From Octopus sinensis (lineage: Eukaryota): a DNA stretch of 64,000 nt. A program made the translations under genes and the position numbers. Below, piece after piece: positions 26,139 through 37,495 of this stretch. Location of the stretch: positions 24,304,001-24,368,000 of the forward strand of contig NC_043006.1 of assembly GCF_006345805.1 (NCBI RefSeq), written 5' to 3'. The notes below the pieces were generated by a model that was not told where the DNA came from, made no database searches, and saw nothing but the letters and a program-made list of their open reading frames with translations. The stretch's first letter is position 1. Each line of letters begins with the position of its first letter.

Positions 26139-26147
<9 letters not shown>
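25539..26147. mobile_element. About 610-bp foldback element (arms about 270 bp, spacer about 65 bp) abutting (TA)n
   Basis: atatagaataatggtacaacaaggcaccaatgtttactggaaatagcagtcgat and its reverse complement at the right end; similarity continues to cctgga/tccagg near the centre. Confidence 0.9.
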
Positions 26148-26184
<37 letters not shown>

Positions 26185-26429
26185 CATATATATATATATA
26201 TACATACATATATATATATATATACATACATATATATATACATACATATATATATATATACATATACATACATATATATATACATATACATACATATATA
26301 TATATACATATACATACATATATATATACATATACATATATATATATACACATAGAGATATGTGTAGATATACATACAGATATATATATATATATATACA
26401 TACAGATATATATATATATATATACATAC

Positions 26430-26468
<39 letters not shown>

Positions 26469-27188
26469 CACATATATATATATTATACATATACATACAC
26501 ATAGATATGTATACATATACATATATATATATATATATATACATATACATACACATACATATATATATACATACATATATATATACATATACATACATAT
26601 ATATATACACATATAGATATGTGTATATATATATACACTATATATATATACACACATATAGATATGTGTATAATATATACACTATATATACATACACACA
26701 TATAGATATGTGTATATATATATACACTATATATACATACAGATATATATATATATAATACATATATACATACAGATATATATACATATATATAATAATA
26801 AATATTAGGGAATAAATCCAAATTTACAGGGAAAAATCTCTAATTTAATATATACATATATATACATATACATATATATATAATATACATACATATATAT
26901 AATATACATACATATATATATAACACATATAGATATGTGTATATATATATATACACTATATATATATACACACATATAGATATGTGTATATATATATATA
27001 CACTATATATACATACACACATATAGATATGTGTATATATATATACACTATATATACATACAGATATATATATATATTACATATATATATATACATACAG
27101 ATATATATATACATATATATAATAATAAATATTAGGGAATAAATCCAAATTTACAGGGAAAAATCTCTAATTTAATATATACATACAG

Positions 27189-27222
<34 letters not shown>

Positions 27223-27236
27223 CTATATATATATAT
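26148..27236. repeat. About 1.1-kb (TA/CA)-rich low-complexity block containing a 327-bp-period duplication
   Basis: The non-microsatellite string aatattagggaataaatccaaatttacagggaaaaatctctaatttaat occurs at both 26801 and 27128. Confidence 0.9.
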
Positions 27237-27253
27237 ATTTATTTTATAGAAGG

Positions 27254-27304
27254 AGCTTCTACAGGACTAGAACTGTTTCAATCAAAAGAAATCATCAGGA
27301 AGCT
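27254..27304 (-). ncRNA. Mirror-image hammerhead motif, in the PHACTR pre-mRNA sense
   Basis: Identical to the + copy except that stem II reads TTTC-TTTT-GATT, one pair weaker. Confidence 0.65.
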
Positions 27305-27355
27305 AGCTTCCTGATGATTTCTTTTGAATGAAACAGTTCTAGTCCTGTAGAAGCT
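27305..27355 (+). ncRNA. Type I hammerhead ribozyme motif (predicted cleavage after GUA at 27349)
   Basis: Stem I AGCTTC/GAAGCT; core CTGATGA; stem II TTC-tttt-GAA closed by U.U instead of the usual G-C; GAA; stem III ACAG-8-nt loop-CTGT; A17. Confidence 0.75.
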
Positions 27356-30300
27356 CCTTCTATAAAATAAATTAATTTACTCTGCTATGTATTGAGTACC
27401 TTATTTACTGTGGTTAACCCCGACTCAACCCGGGACCTACATATATATATATATACATACAGATATAGATATACATAAATGTATATATATATATATTTAT
27501 ATATATATATATATATACACATACATACATACAGATACATATATACATACAGATATATATATATACAGATACATATACATACAGATATATATATATACAG
27601 ATACATATATACATACAGATATATATATTTACATATATATATAAAAACATATATATATACATACATAAACATATACATGTATATATATATATATATTTAT
27701 ATATATATACATACATACATAGGTATATACATGCATACGCACATTCATATACTTACTAACACAGATTGAAGATATTTTTTAGAATGGTGTTAAAGCATAT
27801 GTCTATTTCTCTTTTTATTCATTTTCAATAGTTATAATTTCTTAAAATTGCAATATGTATGTGTATGTATGATGTATGTTATATATATATATGTGTGTGT
27901 GTGTATCTATATACAAGTGTATATATATTCCTACATTGTGTGTTATCCTTAATAAGAACTGAGTTAACAGGATTTCACTAAAACAATCAACATATAAGAT
28001 CTTTCAAGTCTAATGTGAAGTAAGCTAATGTTTAGAGAAAATTGCACAGTAAATTAATTCATAGATTCCAGATTTTATAGCTTTGTGTGTGTGTGTGTGT
28101 CTGTGTGTGCAAGGAGGGAAGTAATTGCTATTAGGTAAATAAGTTTTAACAACATTCCAAGATATGGAACATTAAAATTATGTATGGCAGGCAACAGAGG
28201 AGGTGGTGGGAAGGAAAAAAGGAATTTGAACATTGATTCCCAGCAAATACACCTATACTATTTCCTCACATCCCTTACACACACACACACACATTTTCGA
28301 AGGATATCTCTGCAGTGAGGAAGAAGAGAAAAAAATCTATGAGCCACATCTGAAACAACCAGTACTGCATCATTAGATTCTGACAAAGAAATCTGGCTGC
28401 CATTGTTAACTTTGGTCAATTATTTATTTTTTTTTTGTTTTTATATACATATTTCCAGTCGAACATTTTTTAGTATTGACAACTATTTCATTGAGGAAAA
28501 TAAAATAAAAGTTCATTATAACCTGAATACTATTCCGTAATAATGATTAACATTTTTTATTAATAACAATAATAATAATAATAATGATAATAATGATAAT
28601 AATAATAATAATAACAATAACAACAACAACGGCAATAATCTTAGTTCAAGGCCACCTACCTCTTACTTAATGTTTAACTTCATTAATGCTAATTTTTTCC
28701 ATAATTCTCTCTAGAAGTTATATTAGACAATAAAGATCTTATTACTTAATGAGGTGAATTATAGTAATTTATTATTTGTTTTGTTTTTTGTTAATAACAA
28801 ATATGACATGCTATGTAATCTACTATTACTACTACTACCTAAATATATTTAGTGGCTGAAGCAATTTTTTCTGATAAATATATTCTTATTATGATGTATT
28901 TTGAATATAAAATTAAAAAAAAAAAACCAAAAAAAAAAAAAGACCTTCAGTCAGTAAATAATTATAAAGTCGCTTTATAAACAACAGGTATTCAAAGTAA
29001 TTAATGAACAGGTGAAAATGTCTATGAAGAAAATACTAATAATAATGCTACCTGACAGAACAACAGATGGCAATCCAAGCAATGTATATTCCTCGTACAG
29101 GTTTATATCTGCAATATTTGCCATAAATGCTACACTTTAGACAGGCACTCAGGTAAAACCAACTATCCACCATCATCAGGATAAGTCAAGTGCATCAGTT
29201 GTGTTTGGATGGAATTGTTGTAATTCAGAAAATAACAACAACAAAGCATATAGCTGCTGTGAGTGGTCTTACTTGAAATAGTGGCGTGAACAAAAGCAGC
29301 TGTAGCAGCAGCAGCAGCCGTCGTAGTAGTAGTAGTAGCAGCAGCAGCAGTAGCGCACAATGTAAATGGCAACAGTTGCAATATTGATAAGGAGGCAAAC
29401 AGCAGCAATAATAACGACACTGCAGAAGTAATTGGTAATCTGTGTTCACACTAAAACGTTCAACACTTAAAGTTTGTATGTATGTAATTTCTGACTGTGA
29501 TAATATGATTTGAGTTAAGCAGTGCACAGATAATAAGTGAGGAAGTGAGGATGAGATGAACAGCACACACACACACACTGGTAACAAGTGAGGATAAGAG
29601 AGGTAGAACGCACACACACACACACACACAAATCAACACAGACTGGTCAGAAGTTTGCAAGAGGAACCATTTACTAGAAATTATAGTTGTACATGATAAA
29701 GAAATGAAAAAAACTGAGAATATCTGTTTTGCATTGAAATCTTTTTGAAAAATTATATTTCTAATGTTTTTCCTGGTCTACACCCACCCGCAACAAAACC
29801 CCAGTCACCATCACAATATAAGCCGGTAATACTGTATTCGCAAATTGTTTTAGGTGACTATGTAGTCATTCATAAATGCAGACACAGCCTTAGCTCTTCT
29901 ATTCTTGATCCAGCAAAACACTGAGGATGCGATGGCTGAAGGGAGAAGGGCTGTAGCCGCTTTGGTCAGAACTCATTTTCAGCTGAATAGAATAGACAAT
30001 GTGAAATAATATCCCTTGCTCAAAAACACAAAGTACTGCAGGACCCAAGAATTGAACCAAACATCCTAACTAGGGTTGAAAATACATACAATACTGGAAA
30101 GAAATTATAGAGAGTCATCTGTATTTTATTATCAATATTATTAAAGTAATTGGTTTTTCCACCCTAATTAAAGTAATTGATTTTTTTTTCTCCCTAAGCA
30201 ATCTTCTGCTGAAAATATTCCAATTTAGACACCTTCTCAAAATACATTTTCATACATTGCTATAAAAAAAAATGACAAAATCTTATTAATCTACTCCACT

Positions 30301-30629
30301 CAATTCCCACAATTAAATTCTATAACTATTATTCAACTTACTATAAACACACATTTTACTATATTATGTAATTGAATGTAAAAACTTACACAGAGATTTA
30401 TTTACCATTGCACCCAAGCTATGTACACACTGGACATTTTTTTATAATCTATTGATATTTATGCGGGAATACACCCAGAGTCGTGTGTACAAAGTTCTTA
30501 AGACTGTATAAAAGTAATAATTCTTTATACAGTTATATACATGAAACACACAAAAAAATTAATTCTATTAACATTGTCAAAATGATTAACTCAAACACCT
30601 TTTAACTGTAGAGTTCACTGAACCAAAGA

Positions 30630-32765
30630 GTTTAGGATGATATCCTTACTGAATGTGGAAGGCAAGATCTTTAGGGGAATTCTCTCAAGGAGAACAGTGG
30701 TATATTTACAGAGTAATGGATATGTTGATGAATCTGCTCAAAAGGCTGGAGCCCCTGGGATCCTTGGATGTGTTGAGCATTGTTTTGTGATTTGGAAAGC
30801 TATCCAGGATGTTAAACAAGAAGACAAGTCTGAACATGGTATGGCTTGACCTAGCTAATGCACATGGCTCAGTGCCACACGAATTACTGATGAGAGCCAG
30901 AGACCACTTCCATGTTCCAGACAAAGTAAGCAAAATGAGGAGGATGTATTATGACAGTTTCGAGATAAGGTTTACAACTGGAGATTTTACAACAGATTGG
31001 CACCGATTGGAGACTGGCATTGCTGCTGGCTGTACAGTACCCGTCACGTGATTTATCTTAGTCATGAAGATGATTTGGAAAGCCGTGGATTTTTCAGAAC
31101 AAATCGCCCATGTACAATCACCTAAGAAGGCCTTCATGGATGACATGACACTTCTATCAACAGACAAGCAAATCATGTAGAGTGCCCTCTTGAGACTAGA
31201 TGAGCTTGTGAAGTGGTCAAGGATGTGATTTAGAGCAAAAAAGTCACATAGTCTAACATTTATTAAGGGAGTGCAAAAAGAAGCTAAGTTTCAAAGAGCT
31301 GAAGAAAGCATTCCAACAGTCAAGGAAGAACCCTTCAAGAGCTTGGGGTGAGTATATGCTGGAACATTGTCAGGTACAAGTTGCAGGATGCAAATTATGA
31401 AACAAGCTGAGGTTGGATTAACAGCAATTGATAACTCAAAGCTACCAGGTAAATATAAAATTTGGTGCTTACAGTTTGGCTTATATCTGCGACTTTTGTG
31501 GCCACTTTTAATATATGAGGTAGCACTGTCACAAGTTCAAATCACTGAACAAAATTGTAATGTGCTCATTAGAAAGTGGCTAGGCCTACCTCGGAATTTG
31601 AACAGTTCAGCTCTCTATCATAAAAGAGGCTTGTTGCAGTTACCACTGGTGTCAATAGTCAAGATTTATAAACTAGGGAAGGTATAAATGGTGATGATGC
31701 TGAGGACATAGAAATCAGGCATAATACATCAGATGTAAAAATGACCAGGAAGTGAAAAGCAGAAGCAGAGACTGATGATATTCTGTCTTCTCTTACACAC
31801 AGAGATGTGGTGGGTGGAACACAAATTCATCAGAAGGGACTTAGTTTTGGTGCAGATTGGATCAGACTGTTTGCAAGTATGATGTGGAGTGAACGCAGAT
31901 CTGTTGTTAGCTACAGCGTCAAAACAACGGAAACTGAGAGAAGAGAGCTTCATTTGATCCAACGCACTCACCAAGGACAGATGACAAGATGGGAGGAACG
32001 TTGTTGAGAGAAAAATAAGTTGGAATGAGATATGGAGGTGGACTACATCTCAGCTAAGTTTTATGATTCATTCATCCTATGATGTCTTGCCATCACCTAC
32101 AAATCTAGCAAGATGGAACGTCTCAGAAAATGATATATGCAGATACGGAAAAGTTGAAACACTGAAACATATTCATTCCAACTGTTCACTAGCATTGAAT
32201 AGATATACATGGGGACACAACCTGGTCCTTAGGGTTATCTTCAATGCTATAAAGAACCCAACTGATTTCATCAACAGTGGAAAAAAACCATTGAAAGTAC
32301 CAACCAGAGATTTCATTATCTTCATGTGCTCTGGACAGCAGATCCGTTTCAAAAAGAACAAGAAGAAATTTCCTGTGAGTGATGAAAAATGGAATGGCTA
32401 TTGGGAGGTGGCTGCAGATTTACCAGGGTGCCAAGGACTCTTTCCCATCCCAGCTCCAAAAAAAAAAAAAAAACGGACATTATAATGTGGTGTGAAAGAA
32501 AGAAAGTGGTGAATCTAGTTAACGGTTCCTCATGAACATAACATGGATGCCACTTGAGGAATGTGAAGACGCAGGCTGGAAAGTGGAGGATTTTCCAATT
32601 AAAGTCAGATGTAGAGGGTTTGTTGGACACAGCGTGAGGTGACTGTTGTTATCGTTAGGCCTAACTCATTGTAAAGTAAATACCATGATGAATGAAATCC
32701 AAACTACAGTGGAAAAGGCTAACGACTGGATTTGGTTAAAAAGAGATGATGAGCGATGGCTAGAA
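30630..32765 (+). mobile_element. Restriction-like-endonuclease LINE relic (HERO/NeSL-like)
   Basis: ISLLNVEGKIF, GCVEH, WLDLANAHGSVPH, GIAAGCTV and AFMDDMTLL motifs; decayed CCHC (C..YGKVETLKHIHSNC); decayed PD..(D/E)xK region; many stops. Confidence 0.85.
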
Positions 32766-32905
32766 GAATATTGAGTTTTATTTGATAACAAGTTGATCTA
32801 GCAAGTGGGGCCTCATATCAGTGGGGGCAGGGGGGCATTGTGCAATGATGCCATTGAGAGGTAAGCCCCGAAATGATGAATATTCTCTCCTGATGACCCA
32901 TACAC

Positions 32906-32956
32906 TTGCAACCTTTTCAATAGTTTTGAGAGTCAAAACTATTGAAAAGGTTGCAA
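32906..32956. repeat. Perfect 24-bp hairpin with a 3-nt loop
   Basis: ttgcaaccttttcaatagttttga-gag-tcaaaactattgaaaaggttgcaa. Confidence 0.95.
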
Positions 32957-33121
32957 GACGCAACAAAAATTTTAGGACAATAAAAATAAGAAAAATGTGG
33001 AAACTTTACCAGTGAGTGTGTTACATAATAAGGCACAAAAAGAAAATGACTCTCCCCAGACACAATAGAATATGCTTCAACACACAAACTCATATAAAGA
33101 ATCTTGCAAACCAAATCCAAA

Positions 33122-33206
<85 letters not shown>

Positions 33207-33329
33207 TGGAAAATAAATGGATTCATGTAGCTATTACAGAAAAATCCTCAAGTGGATTCAGCTAACAGACCACATAGTAATCCAGCATAAAATGTCAGGA
33301 GGTATGAGAGGTGAATATAATTATTTAAC

Positions 33330-33960
33330 CACTTGTCATCCTTAGATGGGTGGGCAAAGGCTTGAAAGAAATGAAGCAACATGCTCTGCTGGAGTACATA
33401 TGACAGAGTGTAAATGATTTAGGAGGAAAACTAAATACAAGAGGCATCAGATATTGCATGCAAGAGAGGACTGCACTGGTATGGTCATGTGATGCATATG
33501 AATGAGGACAGCTGCATAAAATGCAATCTCTAATTGTGGAGGAAACCTGTTGAAGGAGTAGATCGAGGGTGATGTGGGATGAAGTGGTGAGAAAGGATTT
33601 TCAGATGCTAGGTCTCACTGAGAAGATGACAAGGAGCAAGACTTGTGTTGATTTGCTGTACTTGACAAGACACATGAAGCTAAGTAAAATTGTGGCTGTC
33701 CATGCATACAGGCATATCCTTTATGGCCATGCTCAAGCTGAGAGATCTTTGTCTTGAAGGTGTGGGTTCCATGTAAACTGCACTCATGCTGGTGGTATGT
33801 AAAAAGCACCTAGCACACTATGCAAAGAGGTTGGATTTAGGAAGGGCATTCAACCACAGAAACCAAGCCAAAACAGACAATTGGAGCCTGGACAGTTCTT
33901 TGGCTGACCAGCTCTTGTCAAACTGTCCAACACATGCCGGCATGGAAAATGGATGTTAAA
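33330..33960 (+). mobile_element. RTE-clade LINE 3' fragment, same family as 10300-10650
   Basis: Shared aaggcttgaaagaaatgaag, tatggtcatgtgatg and gaggacagctg strings. Confidence 0.7.
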
Positions 33961-35304
33961 CAATGATGATGATAATTGTGTTCCCATCATTACAGAATCT
34001 TCCAATAACAAAACAGAATAATTAAAATTAGTATTGATCCTAGTATTGACTGATACAAATATTGAGAGAGAATTAGGCAAAATAACAAAGGAACATTATG
34101 GCAATACTGAGCAAGTAGAAAAATCAATAAATTGAATGTCTTTTTTTTACAATCTAGCATCTTTATTGTATTTTTAAAAGAGTCGGCAAATTCTTTTTGA
34201 TTTCACAAATTCAGATGTGTTAAGTATACATGTGTGAAGAATAAATATACATGTTTAACCTGGGTCACAGACCTGATTAAATCATTCCAGTTGTGATCAT
34301 CCAATATTTTTTACACAGTGTCAAGAATTACATTAAAGTATTTTTACCATTTGTAAGAGAGTATGGTTTGATTTAAGAAAGGTTTGGTTATTATTTCTAG
34401 CAGACAGAGCAACCACATAAAAGCTCCCATTTCCTGATCTATACATGTCAATGCACATGAGTTATCATTATCCTCACCATACGATGTCCAGAATCTCATG
34501 CCTCTTCATATTTAGTGATTGGCACTTCTTTATAGAGCTACCTCATCCATATGCATCACATGCCCATATTAGCTCAGTTTTCTCTTCTGCACACTTCATC
34601 TGATATGCCAGTTTTTCTTTCAGTACATCTGTACTTTGTTGCTCATGCATTCCACATCACCTCTGGTGTGTCCTCATAGCTTAAATAGTCTCAGTGAATA
34701 TGATTTTTTTTTTACCTCCTCCTTTCCTGCACATTGAGCTGGATCTTATCTCCTTTTCTACTTACTAAAATCTTAAACCAATTGCTTTTAGGTTCAGCTT
34801 CCATGCATGGAATTTCTTCTCTAACTCCACAAAAGATGCAGCTATGACAACCAAATCACTACACCCCTTTGTGGTGGCCTATGTGAAGTCAATGACTAAA
34901 AGAAGATTGAAGACTAAATCTTGATGAATTTCTACATCATCAGCATTATTGGATAATGTCCGGTTTCCATGTTGGCATGGGTTGGATAGTTTGACATGGA
35001 GCTGGCTAGCAGAGAGCAGTCTGGATCCCAACTGTCTGTTGTGGCATGGTTTCTATGGCTGGATGCCCTTCCTAACACCAATCATAAATTCGTCATGGAT
35101 ACTTTATTTACTTCATCTTTGTACATAGCTCGTACAGCCCTCACATGCCATTTGTCTACACCTACTTTCCCTAGTGACTATCAAATGTGCTACTCTGTCA
35201 AACGCCTCCACATTAACAAATGCCAGGAATGGTGGTCTACTCTTGTGCATGTGTGTACATATATATATATATAATATATATATATATAATATATAATGTG
35301 CTTG

Positions 35305-35350
<46 letters not shown>

Positions 35351-35639
35351 GTGCTTGTGTGTACATACATATACATATGTGCATGTGTGTACATACATAT
35401 ATATATATATAGGAGAGTTTACGAAAAAAACAAAAGACGAAGATAGGTGGTGTACAGAACAAACAGATGTATTAGTATAACGCTCAGGAATAGAAAAAGT
35501 GATATAAATACATGTGTGTAAATATATACATGCAAATATATGTGTGTACATTATACTGTGTATATCATAATAATAAAGAAATTAATTAATTGATTTTTTC
35601 AAAAGACAGGTTAGTCCATAGTGTTTGTAGGTTCTCCCA

Positions 35640-36400
35640 GACCTAGTGCTGCTGATGCAATGAATGTTCAGTTTCAGCTTCTACATATTGCAGTAAGGCT
35701 TTGGCAAAACAGAATATATGATGTACAACCAGAGTGGCAACATTAACTCCACATCTGGAAAATCCTTGGAAAATGTTGACAAATTCACACAACTCAGAAG
35801 TAAAATCACAAAGGAAGATCTGTCCACAAGTGGCCTGGGCAGCTTCAAATAAATCAGGTGGTTGTGCAGTCAGTTCTGTTATATAGATATACATAATGGA
35901 CTCTAACAAAGTGTCTTGAAATGAAAATTGACAGAATCTATACAAGAATGCTTTGACCTGCTCTGGACATCTCCTGGAGACAACACCCTACAAAAGAGCT
36001 TTTCTAGGGTAATTTACCACAAATATCACTTCCTCAGAGAAAGAACAAAATTCGTTGAACATTACAGAAGAGCAAAGGATGAAATCAGCGATGTTCTTCT
36101 TTGAGAACCAAAGCATGGGTATGCAAATGTTGGTGGACCACATCAAGCCTACACAAAGCAACAGTGCGACCCCAAATGCACCCGAGAAGACCTTCCAGTT
36201 GCAATGGCTAACCAGACTGACTGGAGAGAACAAGTCACAGCAGCTTCAACTTCAAGTTTTGTTTATTTACTCACTAAATAAGAGTAATGTGAAGTGAAAT
36301 TAGAACGTCAGACACAAGCTGACATGAATTGAAAGCAAGGATTCAAAGCCATTTGAAAAGTAGATACCTGAAATTAAGAGAATAATTGGTGCAGGTAAAT
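35640..36400 (+). mobile_element. RTE-clade LINE C-terminal relic (second family)
   Basis: Decayed VVQSVLLY...WTLTKCLEMKIDRIYTRML.PALDISWRQHPTKELF.GNLP. Confidence 0.75.
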
Positions 36401-36965
36401 GAAGGTGAAACAAAGGTGAAGTGTGACGACTTTGGATAAAGAAGTTTTTGTTGATTTTTAACAATGCCAGCAGGTAGAACAACATGGAGAGAAAATATGT
36501 GCAATGGTCAACCCCAAAAATATTCTCTGAAATAATGGCTATATGCTGAGAGTTCTATAATTTAGGTCTGTGAAAGATGATAAATCAAACCTTTTGTTTG
36601 AAATATTCTCTGGGTAGAACACAATATTGGTTTCAAGAACCATTTTATTCTCCTTTTCCTACTAAACCATTTTGTTTCTATAAGGAATAAAACTGAAATT
36701 ATCTATCTTTGGGCTACCAGTTTTACTTCAACTTTTTAGACTAATCCAAATTTTAAACTAAGCTTCAACATTTCTCAAAACTGGAAAATAACCAAGACTG
36801 TAACTCAAAATTAGGCTTCTGTTTCTTGTTTTAAGAAATATTTTCGCTCACCCCCACCTATTTCACTATCCTCCTATAAAGCAAAAAGAATGCCCACATA
36901 TCTGTGACACTGCAGCTAACATACATGCATAGACATTTTAAACACATTTTCCCCAACAGGAATAC

Positions 36966-36996
<31 letters not shown>

Positions 36997-37229
36997 CAAC
37001 TATCTTTCATTCCTTGGTCTCTAATAAAAACTTATCTAATCCCTCTGTCAAAGCATTACTGCAATATGTAGAAGTTCAAACTGAACATTAATTGCATCAG
37101 CAGCACCAGGTCTGAGAGAACCTACAAACACTAACCTGTCGTTTAAAAAAAATCAATATTTCTTAAGTATTATTATACACACAGTATAAATTGTACACAC
37201 ATATATTTGCATGTAAATTTACATGTATT

Positions 37230-37276
<47 letters not shown>

Positions 37277-37279
37277 TAT

Positions 37280-37495
37280 ATATAGTTAATCCAAACATGA
37301 AAACACAAAGAGAAAATACAACAACGCGAGGACGTGGAACAAGTATAGTATTACTGGACGCTCAAGAAAGAAGGAAAGAAGGAGAGTTTAACGTTTTGAG
37401 CAGAGCTCTTCGTCAGAAACATAGGAAAAGGAAAGATCCAAAGAAGTGAAGACGGAGGAAAAAATATCGCCAACGGTACACACGTGGTCACATTT
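37280..37495 (-). mobile_element. About 215-bp Penelope-like terminal-repeat derivative with a minimal hammerhead motif (G12 to A)
   Basis: 37386-37420 on minus: GTTT-CTGACGA-A-GAGC-TCT-GCTC-AAAAC-GTT-AAAC. Embedded in (TA)n. Confidence 0.7.

Larger units (their letters stand above)
27237..27372. repeat. 136-bp zero-spacer palindrome (68-bp arms, one A/A mismatch at 27281/27328)
   Basis: Direct base-by-base check; centre is ggaagct|agcttcc. Confidence 0.98.

Noticed and set aside
24914-27769. Many long ORFs rich in YIYI, CVCV or THTH here and at 22.7, 35.1, 53-54 and 57.6-58.5 kb
   Set aside because: They are translations of (TA)n, (CA)n and (TG)n microsatellites, open in several frames on both strands, with no splice or domain support.
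29046-29065. tgttctgtcag|gtagca, a possible recursive splice site
   Set aside because: The donor half is weak, and such AG|GT matches are expected by chance in a 22-kb intron.
29163-29420. Signal-peptide-like ORF MSLLLLLFASLS...
   Set aside because: It starts at GTG, and the hydrophobic and Ala/Thr runs derive from trinucleotide repeats.
32865-32900. GAAA ... CTGATGA near the 3' end of the HERO/NeSL-like element (possible type II hammerhead)
   Set aside because: The flanking segments are not complementary and no stem II or III forms.
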